64,000 nucleotides of DNA from Mobula hypostoma (GCF_963921235.1 NC_086097.1:146632001-146696000); one strand, 5' to 3'; positions 11,795 to 24,372 are shown, counted from the first letter of the stretch. Notes: a model not told the origin generated them from the sequence alone. Made by a program: numbers and translations.

Positions 11795-12371
11795 TGTTAA
11801 GGATCCGACCTGAACACTGGGTCGAAGGGCCTCTGCTGGTAGCTCTGGATCACGACAGTCTTTGACTTCTGTTTTCTTTCACCTGGCCATGTGGGTTCTG
11901 GCCCAGCCCCTTTCCTTTTTTGGACTTCCTCCAATTACCTGCTTGTCTCCTCATTTGCACTCACTTGTTTCTAATTTTCACTCATTACCCTGTCCATTTA
12001 AACCCTGCCTTGACGGGCATTCTCTGCCAGTTCGTCCCAGTTCTGACTTGTGTCGTCCCAGCCCTGACCTGTGTCATCCCAGCCCTGACCTGTGTCATCC
12101 CAGCCTGTCATTGTGACTTCTGCCAACCGATTTTGCCTGATTCTGTATTTTGGATTTTGCCTATTTCTGGACCTGATTTTTGCCTGTGTGCTCTGGATTG
12201 TCTGCCCTCGCCTGACTGCCTTTCCTGGTAAGACCTCTGCCTGTCATTTCGAATTCGTGCCTGCCTTCTGTTTTTGAAAGACTGGTGCCTTTGTGCTCCC
12301 TAATAAACCCTGGTGAAAAAGCATTCGTTGGTCTGCACTTGAGTCCTGCCGAAACCCGACAGAACCTGACA
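11795..12371 (+). mobile_element. Solo LTR (577 bp) with 5-bp TSD
   Basis: Starts TGTTAAGG, ends CCTGACA; TGTAA at 11790-11794 and 12372-12376; AATAAA at 12302; 21-bp tandem repeat x3 at ~12043-12105. Confidence 0.85.
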
Positions 12372-13117
12372 TGTAAATAAATATCATTATTCTTAAACTG
12401 TGGTTGCTTCTGCTCCTGCTTCCTGTTAAACCACAGAGTGAGGCAGAAATGTCATTCTTTTCCTGCATGTCACTTGGACTCAAGCTTCTTCCATCCGTGA
12501 CCCAGCTGAGCTGTAAAATCCTGCCCTGGAAGTCACTTGCTGACAAAGGAAATTCCCTGTTCTTGGTGGCATGGGAAAGGACCAATGGATGGTCAGAGGA
12601 TTGTCACCCAGTGGCTAGAAAAAGACTCCACCACTTTGGCCATCCACCTAGCAAACTGAAAACCAATGCTTGCATTTACAGTGATAACATTCAGACAGAT
12701 GATCTGACTCAATATTATGACAACTTAGCAAGAATCTCTTTGCTTCAGATTGAATTCAGGAATAGACTGAAAGATGTTCTTTTCTGTTTTAATGTAAGGG
12801 ACCAATGGGTAGTACTGGAAATCTGCATTCAAATGATTGTAGATATTAGTGGTGAATAAAAATTGTAGGGTATATTTGCCTAGAAATGTGATTGAGCGGT
12901 GTTATTATCAGTGGTATGTATTTGAAAACTGATTCTTTTCATGGGGTGAAGTAAGTGGGAAGCAGCATTTTATTGGTATAGACATATATATTTATTATAA
13001 ATCCAGCTACATCATAAACAGCACTTTCTTATTAGTACTCTATACTTCCTCATACCAGCCTACTTTCTTCCTTGAGTGAATCATGTTTTCTGGGTCAAAT
13101 CAAGCAAATTTTTCTGG

Positions 13118-13704
13118 ACACGAGGAAATCTGCAGATGCTAGAAATTCAAGCAACACACACAAAAAATGCTGGCGAACGCAGCAGGCCAGGCAGCATCTA
13201 TAGGAAGAGATACAGTCAATGTTTCGGGCTGGGACCCTTCGTCAGGACTAACTGAAAGAAGGGATAGTAAGAGATTTGAAAGGGGGAGGGGTGGATCTAA
13301 GAGCTGGAGAAGAGAGAGGATCATGGGATGGGAAGCCTGGGGAGAAAGAGAAGGGGGGAGTGGAGACCAGAGGGTGGAGAGCAGGCAAGGAGTTATAGTG
13401 AGAGGGACAGAGGGAGAAAAATGAGAGAGATAAAAAAGGGGAAAAATATATAAAATAAATAAGGGATGGGGTGTGAAGGGGAGGAGGAGCATTAACAGAA
13501 GTTAGAGAAGTCAATATTCATGCCATCAGGTTGGAGGCTACCCAGACGGAATATAAGGTGTTCTTCCAACCTGAGTGTGACTTCATCTTGACAGTAGAGG
13601 AGGCCATGGATAGACATCAGAATTGGAATGGGACGTGGAATTAAAATGTGTGGCCACAGGGAGATCTTGCTTTCTCTGATAGACAGAGTGTAGGTGTTCA
13701 GCGA
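13118..13704 (-). mobile_element. 5'-truncated Penelope-like element: GIY-YIG C-terminus, 3' UTR and terminal repeat
   Basis: Collinear with 22249-22860; minus frame ends ...GSLQPDGMNIDFSNFC* (stop 13492-13494). Confidence 0.85.
13213..13250 (-). ncRNA. Hammerhead ribozyme motif, decayed at stem III and cleavage site
   Basis: Minus strand: tagtc CTGACGA agggtcccagccc GAAA catt gactg (ACGTC changed to ACATT by CpG-type transitions). Confidence 0.6.
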
Positions 13705-14977
13705 TTTTCCTTGTTAGATTTGCACAGAACAATGTCATTTCCTGTGTAACACTCATTTAGTTGAGAGAGTTTAATTACTGGTGGCTTCTGGGATCATTCG
13801 TCCTAATTTCTCGTCACAACTGGCACGGTGCATATTCAGCCCTTACAGGGTTTAGAGAAGCATAAAGTTAGTCTTCCAAACATCACAGTTTCTTATGGTG
13901 TGGGCATTATGAACAGATTTGCTGGGGACTCTTTCTGGAGAGGTGATATAATTTAACAAATAGCAGTACATGTTCCGTGTTTGTCCAAAAGACCAAACAG
14001 GGCATATGTTCTGAAGAAACCTATGCTCTGAACATTTGTCAGAAGAAAAATATCACTGGAGTTAACTTTTCATACTCAATCTGGGAATATAGTTAGTTCT
14101 GTAGCCAGAGATGAGGGTCAGGAACATGGTTAAGGGTGTAGCTGGAGCCAGGGGGCAGGAATCAGCTCGGGTTTGTTGTGAGGAGTGTGAGAAGTGAGGA
14201 TAGGGCAGTAGACAAAGCCCCTGCTCTTGAGCCATACATGGTGGTCTATCAGAAAGTGGGCATGTACGTGCCAGGTGGTACCTTTCTATGTGCCCATCTA
14301 TATTGATCCTTTAAGCCAACTTAGTCAGTTATTTAATGTAGAAGATGAAATGTTACACAATAACATTTCGTGTTTTAGCTCTGGCACTTACGAAGTCAAA
14401 GAAAAGTACAAACGTAAATTTCCCTCCACATTAATTAGGAAGAGAAGATAATTATTCCTGCCATTACAATCAAAGGTAGTATGCAAGGATTCAGAAAACA
14501 AGCTTTTACCGAATCGTTTTAAAGAAAGAAGAAATGCACTGTAATTAATTTCTGAGAAACATTTAATGGGAAATGGCAGAAAGACTTGCGTCACTGAGCA
14601 ATTCAATGCTGCAGATAATTTAGTGCTTAATTTTCTAGAAATGAGGGATAAACAAATGAAAAAGCTATAAACTAAATTCGAGCTAATGTGAACGGTTAAT
14701 CAGGAAATAGAAGAGCTCTACATTGTATTGTGACCAGACATATTATAAAGTTGATTTTAACTTCACTGCCTGTGTACCTACATAGTCAGGGATGAAGAGT
14801 AGGAAGAAGTGAGGAAGTGTGATATGAAAACAAAGCTAGTCATCTTCTGGCCAGGAACATTGCCTTTGTTTCTTTGATAGTGATAGGAAGCAGAGTCCTT
14901 CTTTAAGTGTGCAGATCTAGTCCCGGTACAATACAGTTCCTATGTCCCTATCTTTCCCTCCATTACAAGCAGGATAC

Positions 14978-16253
14978 TGTCATGGGCCGGTCTGTGAAGT
15001 CCGCATTCCGGTTCCCGGTCTGGTCCGTGGACTCCGGACTCCGGGTCTTCCAGCTGTCCCTTGTTTCAGATGGGTTTAATCATAGGCACCTGATGCTTGT
15101 CTTGGGGCTGGGAATATAAGTGGCCCTGGGTTATAGTGTGGTTGCTGGTTTGTCTTGTCAGTATCCTGTCCTCGCCTCTGTGGGGTAAGTCAGGCCATCT
15201 TTGCCGTTACCCTGTGGTTGGATCTGTCCCTTCCTGTTCTTGCCTCTGTTGGGTAAGCCAGGCTGTCTTTGCCGTTACCCTGAGGCTGGACTGTTTCCTT
15301 CCCTTCCCCTTCCTTCTGAAGCCTTGCCGGCAACCCGTGTCTGGAGCCTTGCCTGCGATCTTGTCAAGTTCAACCACCAGAGCGAGACTGGAGCTTTGCC
15401 GTGTCCAGATAAGGAACTGTCTATCGTTGAGTTGGAACTGTCTCTGTGTCCACGCTTTTGCTAGGTAGGTCTGGCCGTTTGCCGCTACCTAGTGTTGGGA
15501 ACGGTCTCTGTGTCCATGCCTTCACTAGGTAGGTCCAGCCGTTTACTGCTACCTAGTGTTGTGAAATGTCTCGTCGTGTTCAGCATTCTGTGTATGAGTC
15601 CCGGCCCTACGTCCTGTTCCTAAGGAGGATTCTGGCCCTCCCCAGGGCGATGGCTTGGCTGTTCCACGTTCCGGCCCTCCCCACGTCCAAGGCTCCATGT
15701 GCCTCATCCTATCCATGTTCCTCGTCCTGTGATGGAGTTCCCTCATCTTGCCCAGGAGTCTCTCGTTCTGCCCTGTAGCCTCACATAGTCCTGTCTCCCA
15801 AGACCACGTCATGCCTTTGCCTAGTTCCGGAGTCTGAGCCTAAGTCAAGACTCAGGTTCTGGGTCCTTGTCCAGTCTCTGGCTCGGAGTCAGAACCCAAG
15901 GCTCCTCAGGTCCTCACCTCGAAGAACCCAAGGCTTGTCATGTCCTCGCCTCAAAGAACCCAAACCATGAAGAACCCAAGTAATGTCCAGTCCTGTAGCC
16001 GTGTCATGTCCTCGCTTAGTTCCGGGGTCTGAGCCTGAGTCAAGTCCCAGGTTCTGGGTCCTCGTCCAGTCTCTGGCTCGGAATCCAAGCCCAGGCTCCT
16101 AGTTCCCAGTTCCTTGTCCTGGTCCCAATTGCCTAGCCAATGTCCTAGCCCAAGTCTGTGTTCTTGTCCCAGTTCTCTTGTCAAGTCCTGTTCCTAGTAC
16201 TTCAGTGTCTGTGTCTTGCATTTGGGTCCGCTCCCAAATACACCTTTATGTTA
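14978..16253 (+). mobile_element. Solo LTR (~1.28 kb) with internal tandem duplications and 5-bp TSD
   Basis: Starts TGTCATG, ends tatgtta (mutated from a ...CA end); GATAC at 14973-14977 and 16254-16258; internal repeats at ~15410-15560 and 15805-16100. Confidence 0.8.
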
Positions 16254-16264
16254 GATACATCCTA

Positions 16265-16870
16265 GTACTTTAACAGTTGGTGCTGCTAACCTCACATCTT
16301 CAGGGACAAGGTTTAATCCTGAAACCAGGTGCTGCCTATGCAGAGTTTGCAGGTTCTTCTCATGTTGTCAGCTTCTGCTGGGTGCTCCTGTTTCTACTTC
16401 TTGCTTTCAGCCCATTGCCCCAGTTGGGGAATAAGCTGTCAGCAGCAGCTCACAAGGATCTATTGTCCTGGACCAGTCTTTCAAGTTGTCCCCAGGTGTA
16501 GCATATTTTTGAGGTGAAGATCCTTCCTCTCCAAGGGATGGGATTTCCAGGGATTTTGTAGGTGCTTTTGCAGCTCTGGGTTTCTGTGGGATGGGGTTAC
16601 TAGCCCCAAGTCCAAACCTTCTCCTTTCCCAGCCAGGCTTCGGATTCATCCATGATGAATTTAACTGGTTTCTGCCCATATCCCAAAGGTGATTTCTCGG
16701 TTGATTGATTACTGTAATTTAACCCTTGTCTAGGTAACTGGCAAAGAATTGAAGGGTGGATAATTGGTTTGTGTGAAAGAGAATAGATTGTAGGAATGCA
16801 GAGAAATAGAGGACCAATGAGATTGCTCCTCTGGGAACCAGATGCACCTTAATACACAATTGGGCTGCAT
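16265..16870 (+). mobile_element. Old tRNA-derived SINE interrupted by a ~270-bp insert (~16405-16672, possibly RTE-derived)
   Basis: tRNA-like head ...ctcacatcttcagggacaaggtttaatcctg and core gagtttgcaggttcttctcatg; resumes at cccatatcccaaag. Related copies at ~27905-28015 (-), 29060-29200 (+) and 34655-34940 (-). Confidence 0.5.
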
Positions 16871-17844
16871 GATATTTGTATGGATTTTACACCAACACTC
16901 TGATCTTTCACACAGTCTCCCTATTTAGAAAATGTAGTGCACGTGTGGCATTTTTATTTTGCAGCTTTATCAAATTGTCTTTTCAATAACCTAAATATTG
17001 GACCTATTAACTACTTATAATGAAAACCACTTCAATAATGACAAAGGAAAGCAGATCATGACAAATAATATTTAACTTATCAATTATAGTAATAGTCATG
17101 AGCATTGATTTAAGCTTTGCTTTTTACTAAATTTGTATTGTTTCTTATCTTCTTGCTTGATATCTGATAATGGAATTTGTTTTTGGAGAAGACTGGTGAC
17201 CAGTGTACTTTAAATAATATTGAATTATTTTTTTTTCTATCAGGGTATAGTTCACGCACATTTTTGAAAGTCGATTTAAATAATTGGGATATCTAGTTTT
17301 CTGGCTTACATTGATCTATCTACCGAGAACTGATGAAATCTGTTTTGGGGTTCCCTAGAACCTTTGTTGCTTCTTATAATAATATTAAACAGATAACAAT
17401 TAATCTCTCCTATAGGACATGCAGAAATATATACACAAAGGTTGCTATGAGCATCAGGTTCAAATACAAAACATGTGTTCAGAATCAAAAGTATTGAATA
17501 ATATCCAAATTGAACTCCTCTTTTACAATCTGTGCATAACTTTCTTCTTCTTGTTGCTGTTTGGGTTAAATTCTGATGTCAGAAATGTGGACGGTGCTTT
17601 TTGTCCCACAGATAATGCTTGGCTCTCTGAGTTCCTCTGGCAGATTGCTTGTTGCTCTAGATTCCAACATCTGCAGTCTCTTGCACCTTGGGTTTGCAGA
17701 GCCCAGTTATCGAAAGTCATATTTATAGCTTAATTATTTTTAACTGGAATTCTGCGAGTCTGGTAGGTTTGCAAAACGTTCAAGAGGAGCATGTTACTGT
17801 AAGCTTGATATTTACAACTAATGGAATACTTCTTAAATATGCAG

Positions 17845-18480
17845 TCATACAGTCATGGAATTGTACAGCACGGAAACAGTACATTTGACTCATATCATCC
17901 ATTCTGACCAGAGAACAAACATAGGAACAAGCCCTTTAGTCCACAATGTCTGTGCTGAATATGATGCCAAATTTAAATAATCTCATCTTTGCCTGGACGT
18001 GATTTGTATCCCTACATTGCCTGTTTGTTCATGTGTCTGTCTAAATAACTCATAAACGTTGCTAACACGTTTTCTTCCATCATGCCCCCTAGCATTGTAT
18101 TCCAGTCACTATCACTCTTTGTCTAAAAACACCTTTTAAATATCTTTTCAACATTCCCCCACTCACTGTAAAGCTATGCCCTCTGGCATTTGACATTTCC
18201 ACCTTGGAAAAAAGACTCTGACTATCTACCTTATTTATACTAATCTCAGGTCACCGATGGTCCAGTAAAAACAATCCAAATATGTACAACCTCTTCTTTT
18301 GACTAATGCATTGAAATCAAGGCAATCTCAGTGAACCTCTTTGTTTAGAAAATACATCACCTCGCATATGTCAGGATTAAGTTCAAATTTTCAGCCCATT
18401 TCACCAATATATTAATGTCTCTCTGCAGCTTGAAACTACCTCCACCCTATCAAGAACCTTATCAATCGTCATGTAGAAAT
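17845..18480 (-). mobile_element. Degraded CR1 3' fragments
   Basis: Minus-strand CR1 tails (cagcacggaaacag..., aacaagccctttagtccacaatg) and tatgccctctggcatttgacatttcc, the reverse complement of the 39249-39275 CR1 motif. Confidence 0.6.
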
Positions 18481-19679
18481 ATGGAAAATGAACACAAAGG
18501 AGCAGGACTAGTTAAATCAACAACTCTTCCTTTCTCTGCTAAATTGTTAGGGTTAAGCCTGACCGTTCCATTGTTGTTAGACCTTGGAGTTAATTACAGC
18601 ACTTATCCTCTTACCCTTGTTGAGATCAGCTAGTTGTGTGCAAATTAGAATTTCAAACTAGTGTCTCTGTTCTGCATTAGATTTCTTACACTAAACATTA
18701 CTTGTAATGATTAAATATTGGAGAATTCAGTCTTTCTGACTTCTATGGTCCATCCCTCTGTGATGACTTAGAGACCCAGTGATGTCAAAGATGTACAGAA
18801 ATCCATATATTGAGATAAATAGACCTCTGCATGGTATATAGGTATCTACCTTCTAATTATACACAGTAGAGATGCCTATGTTCCATGCTGAACTATATTT
18901 TTGTAGATTATTCGTTAATATCCTTAAATAATATGCTTTTTATGCATACAGTAAGTGTTAATAATGCAGAATTTATTGGGATACTGCCTTCACTGTTCTT
19001 TTATTAATGCTGCTCAATAATTGGCATGAGTCCACATCCCATGTTTTCCTTGTAATTACATTCCAATGGACAAATAGAATACATGGAAATGAAGATTTGT
19101 TGAATGCATCAGAAGAGAAAATACAAAAACATATCAAAACTGTTCTCATCCCTGCTAACTATGTTATTATTAACATAGATGTTTTCCACTGAACTCTGTC
19201 CAAACTATTGATGACAAAGACATGATATTCTCCAGTTGGAATAGTCTTTCCAAATATTCCCTTACTTGATAGAGGTAACATGTATAAACAAATATGGTCT
19301 AATCCGAAAGCAGTGCAATTCATTATTTCCTGGACATTTAGGTTGTATGATATCACATTCTGCTGATGTTTCTCTGCCATTATTGGTTAGAACAATATGA
19401 GTGACCCTTGCTTTTATTGGCCTGATATCTTTGAATATGATATCTGTAGTAAGTCAAAATTGCCAACCAAATTGACTGTGACAACATCATTACAAGAAGT
19501 GGTTTTACCTCTGTGTTCAGCTCACTGATAGCTCTTGGGCTGTAGCTGATGAGTAACTGCAATATGTCCAATCCATGGCAAAGTTGTTGAAATTTGCTCA
19601 GTTTTAGAATATGTCAATAAAGATCACAGCACCTCACTGATGTAGCTCTTGAGAATATTAAGCACTTAGCAGTGTAGGT

Positions 19680-20620
19680 GCCCATTCGTCCCTCCCCATT
19701 GATCTTCGTCCTGGCGCTTATCCCTTGCAAGCAGAAGAAGTGCAACATTTGCCCGTTCACTTCCTTCCTCACTACCATTCAGCACTTCATTCAGTCCTTC
19801 CACACGAGGCAGCACTTCTCCTATGGGTAACAAAAATAACAGAACACTGTAAGAACTCATTGGGTCAATCAGCATCTATGGAGGCAGAAGGTGTAAGTGA
19901 ACATTTTGGATCAAGATCCTGCAACTGGGCTGAGAAGGAAGCCAAAGAGTTTCCAGTATATAGCAATATGGGGGAGAGGGTGTGTTGGCATGGGATAGAG
20001 ACTGGTTGGTGATGGGTATAACCAAGTGAGGAGGGCATTGAGTAGGGCTGCTGTTGAAGAGCAGATGGGCCAAGTGCTTATTCCATCCACCCATCATCTC
20101 TGTCCACCCACTGACTGCCAGTTGTTTTCTCACTATTTTCTCTCACCTCTTTATTCTGCTGTCTTCCCTCTCTGCTCTTGGTTCTGATGCATCCCTCTGC
20201 CTGACCCATTAAATTCCTACAGCAGTTTTTTTTTGTTCCAAGTTATAGTATCTACAGTCTCCTGTGCCTCCATTTTACTACTTCATTCCAAAGTCTCTTT
20301 AACGTATGCCCACTTTGAAGATGATTTCCTTCTCTCTTTGACAGTTCCTGAGACTCTCTTACTGCTTTTCCTCTGTGGTTTCTATTACTTATCTGCTCTT
20401 CAGTCACATTCTTACCCCGTCTGTCCCATCATCTCCCTCCTCACTGGGTTGCACCTGGCAGTCCTTTCCTTGCCCCTCTCTCTGACCTTTTTACATTGGC
20501 TACTTTCCCAATACATTCTCAGTCCTGACACAGGGTCTTGGCCCAGATCGATGACCTTCCCTCTGCCTCCACTTGCACTGCAGGATGCTTTGAGTTCCTC
20601 CCATACTTTGTTTTTTCTCT
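19680..20620. mobile_element. Cluster of old Penelope-like fragments in both orientations
   Basis: 19720-19820 resembles YPCKxxKCxxCPFTS..TIQ..QSF..RQHF of the 22643 ORF; decayed terminal repeats at ~19830-19930, 20180-20260 and 20520-20610. Confidence 0.55.
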
Positions 20621-22310
20621 TTCAGTCATTAAATGGAATTTCAACCTACTATTTACTATTCTCTAAAGGGTAAATGCACTGCAAGCAACTTCATTGTACT
20701 GTATGCTTCTCATTGAAAAAAAATTTGGAAGGTGCTTTGCTGGGACACCAGCTAGTTCTCTGTTAAAGTCTAGCCAGAAACTCCTTTAGAAATTTTAAAC
20801 AAAAGATTAGACATCCATGAAAAGTGAAAGGAAATAAAGGATTGGAGCAATTAAAACTGTCAACACACCCATTGATTTGGTTTGCATTGTCTCCATTGTT
20901 TGCAGTACTGTGTTGTGTTTGTACACTCCCCCTAGAAAGACACCCACTGCAAATGATAACATGTATGAATATGGTTTTCTTTTATTTTGCTCCTTAGCTT
21001 TACTGAAGGAGCATCAATTTGACAACTGCTTGGAGTCGCAAAGTGACTAAGAATACAAAAATCTGTTTTTTGGGATAAAATTACAACTTGTCATACCTCA
21101 TCATCGAACTGAATGAAGGTTTGTAATTGTGGAGAATAGCTCCTGGTGGAAGAAAGATGGACAAGTGTAAGGTCGAGTGGAAAGTGAGGAAACATTAATC
21201 TCAAGCAAACCAATACGTTTTGAATGTATTCTTTCTGATGGCTTTCCCATCTGTATCCTCTCACATGCAATAGATCAATGGCACACAAAATGTGCTCAGA
21301 ACTCACTTGAATTGCAGCTCCTTTTAGTATACATTGAAGATGCGAATGGCTGATACATACGATAAATAAAAATAAAATAAATCATAAGATAGCAATTCAT
21401 TGACAGTAAGTTTAAGGGGAAAAGACTATAAATTACAGGTGGGTGGGAAGAGGATTGATTGCCAGTCTATAGCAATGCGAGGTTAGAGGGAGTATGAAAT
21501 AGCGAGGTTGCTAGGTGATAGATGGAACCTGATGAGGAGAAGATGATAGTCTGATAGAACCAGGTGGAGGAAGCGTGATAAGTGCAAATTGGAAGAAGAA
21601 CATCTCATCTCCTACTGGGGTAGCTACAAACCAAAGATATGAACACAGAATATTCCATTTTCATTTAACCTCCCCCCCCCCACCCCACTGTTCTCCTGCA
21701 CACTTTCACCCTTTAACCTAGTCTTTTTCTATCTTTGTTCACCTCTCCCTTCCCTCTCCCCTCACCTGCTTTTTTTTTTACTAAATCAATCTCACTGAAA
21801 AGAGACAAAATGTCTTTGAAGTTGGTGTGCTGTGGCCAGTGCCGGTAATAAGGCATCTGAGGCCCAGTCACCAACTTAGAGACACTTGCAGGAAGCTGTG
21901 AACTGGTAGTTTTCCAGAAACAATGGATCTAGTAGAAAGTCCACGGCTGCTAAACAGGCAAGGACTGAGTGCAGAGCGCAGAGGTGGATAGGGATAGAAG
22001 TGGAACTGTGATTGAGGGGAAATTTTAAAAACTTAAAAAGGAAGGGTAAAATGACAGAATAGTGTAGTAAAATGGATAATGGTAACCAAAGACTTTCAGG
22101 AATGAAAATGACTACAGAGCCTACTTTCAGCTAGGTTCAGAGCAGAGAAAATGATCCAGTAACAATATATGAACATAAAGAAATAGGAGCAAGAGTTGCA
22201 ATGTGGCCCTTTGAGCCTACCTCACTATTCAGGAAGATTATGGTTTTATCAACACACATAAAAGTTGCTGGTGAATGCAGCAGGCCAGGCAGCATCTCTA
22301 GGAAGAGGTG

Positions 22311-22348
22311 CAGTCGACGTTTCAGGCCGAGACCCTTCGTCAGGACTA
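22311..22348 (-). ncRNA. Minimal type-I hammerhead ribozyme, intact core
   Basis: Minus strand: UAGUC CUGACGA AGGGUCUCGGCCU GAAA CG UC/GACUG; stem I UAGUC:GACUG, stem II hairpin, loopless palindromic stem III ACGU, GUC triplet. Confidence 0.8.
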
Positions 22349-22642
22349 ACTGAAGGAAGAGTGAGTAAGGGATTTGAAAGTTGGAGGGGGAGGGGGAGAT
22401 TCAAAATGATAGGAGAAGACAGGAGGGGGAGGGATGGAGCCAAGAGCTGGACAGGTGATAGGCAAAAGGGGATACGAGAGGATCATGGGACAGGAGGTCC
22501 GGGAAGAAAGACAAGGGGGGGGGTGACCCAGAGGATGGGCAAGAGGTATATTCAGAGGAACAGAGGGAGAAAAAGGAGAGTGAGAGAAAGAATGTGTGTA
22601 TAAAAATAAGTAACAGATGGGGTACGAGGGGGAGGTGGGGCA

Positions 22643-23146
22643 TTAGCGGAAGTTAGAGAAGTCGATGTTCATGCCATCAGGTTGGAGGCTACCCAGACGG
22701 AATATAAGGTGTTGTTCCTCCAACCTGAGTGTGGCTTCATCTTTACAGTAGAGGAGGCCATGGAGAGACATGTCAGAATGGGAATGGGATGTGGAATTAA
22801 AATGTGTGGCCACTGGGAGATCCTGCTTTCTCTGGCGGACAGAGCATAGGTGTTCAGCAAAGCGGTCTCCCAGTCTGCGTCTGGTCTCGCCAATATATAA
22901 AAGGCCACATCGGGAGCACCGGACGCAGTATATCACCCCAGCCGACTCACAGGTGAAGTGTTGCCTCACCTGGAAGGACTGTTTGGGGCCCTGAATGGTT
23001 GGAAGGGAGGAAGTGTAAGGGCATGTGTAGCACTTGTTCCGCTTACACGGATAAGTGCCAGGAGGGAGATCAGTGGGGAGGGATGGGGGGGACGAATGGA
23101 CAAGGGAGTCGCGTAGGGAGCGATCCCTGCGGAAAGCAGAGAGACT
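22643..23146 (-). CDS. Penelope GIY-YIG endonuclease domain (C-terminal part of the PLE ORF; native start lost by truncation)
   Basis: PCKRNKCYTC linker; FTCESAGVIYCVRCSRCGLLYIGETRRRLGDRFAEH (VIY...YIG, catalytic R); RLEEQHLIFRLGSLQPDGMN (catalytic E and terminal N). Confidence 0.9.
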   Translation of the reverse strand, partial: SLSAFRRDRSLRDSLVHSSPPSLPTDLPPGTYPCKRNKCYTCPYTSSLPTIQGPKQSFQVRQHFTCESAGVIYCVRCSRCGLLYIGETRRRLGDRFAEHLCSVRQRKQDLPVATHFNSTSHSHSDMSLHGLLYCKDEATLRLEEQHLIFRLGSLQPDGMNIDFSNFR

Positions 23147-23319
23147 GGGGGACCTACCACCCCACTTAACTTTCATGCAACCTGCAAGTTAGCCCCAAAC
23201 ATTATCTTTGGAAGGAAAGGAACTGCTGATGCTTCGGGTTGAAACCATGCATTGAGACTAAGAGTGGAGAGGCAAGAAGGTAAGAGCACTTGTCAAAAAT
23301 GTCAAAGATGATTCGACAA

Positions 23320-24372
23320 TTTTCTAAACAGGGAACAAATTCAGAAAGCAGAGGTGCGAAGGGACTTGAGAGTCCTAGTGCAGGATTCGCTAAGGGTTAA
23401 CTTTCAGGTTGAGTTGGGAGTAAGGAAGGCAAATGCAATGTTAGCATTCATTTCGAGAGGACGAGAATATAAAAGCAAGAAAGTAATACTAAAACTCTAA
23501 GGCATTGTCTGACTGCACTTGAAGTATTTTGAGCAGTTTTGGGCCCATTATCTAAGAAAAGGTTAAATAAGGTATTGGAGAGTTCCAGTAGAGGTTCACA
23601 AGAATTATTCCAGGAATAAAAGTGTTAACATGTGAGGAGCATTTGATGGCTCTGGGCCTGTACTCACTGGAGATTTGAAGAATAATGAGGGGCTTCATTG
23701 AAATCTATCAAATATTGAAAGACTGAGATGGAGAGGATGCTTATGTTTCTTGTAGTAGGGGAGTCTAGGACCAGAGGGCACAGCTTCAGAATCAAGGAAT
23801 GTCCCTTTAAAACGGAGATGAGGAGGAATTTCTTTTGCTTGAGGGTGGTGGAATTCATTGCCACACACGGCTATGGAGGTCAAGTCATTAGGTATACTTA
23901 AAGCAGAGGATTTTGATTAGTCAGGATGCCAAAGGTTTACAAAGAGAATAGGGTTGACCATAAGACACAGGAGCAAAATTAGTTAATTTGTCCCACCAAG
24001 TCTGGTCTGCCATTTTATAACGGCTGATCCATTTATCTCTCAACCTTATCCTCCTGCCTTCCACATGATATTTCACACCCTGACTAATTAAGAACCTTGA
24101 TCACTTCCACCCCCTGACACTCTTGAAATTCTGGCGTACTGCTAGTATCATACATAGTGAAGACTGTCGCAAAATACTTATTCAGTTCATTCGCCATTTC
24201 CTTGTCCTCCATTACTATCCCTCCAGTGTCATTTTCCAGTGGTCCAATATCTACTTTCACCTCTCTTTTACGTTTTATATATCTGAAAATAAATCAGCCA
24301 TGATAGAATGGCGGGGCAGACTGGATGGACCGAAAGGCCTAGTTCTGCTCCTATGTCTTTGCCTTATGGACT
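23320..24372 (+). mobile_element. CR1 LINE 3' part, with an opposite-strand internally deleted CR1 nested in its 3' UTR (~23957-24287)
   Basis: gagtctaggaccagagggcacagcttcagaat...; the UTR gagaatagggttga | ataaatcagccatgatagaatggcgggg is split by a minus-strand CR1 tail plus an upstream ORF2 piece. Confidence 0.75.

Larger units (their letters stand above)
22249..23146 (-). mobile_element. Young 5'-truncated Penelope-like retroelement (GIY-YIG endonuclease, 3' UTR, terminal repeat with hammerhead)
   Basis: Uninterrupted endonuclease frame, CpGs retained, intact hammerhead. Confidence 0.9.

Noticed and set aside
19509..19600. Minus ORF LDILQLLISYSPRAISELNTE with a GT donor, superficially ankyrin-like
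   Set aside because: No TPLH motif, weak acceptor, no partner exons.
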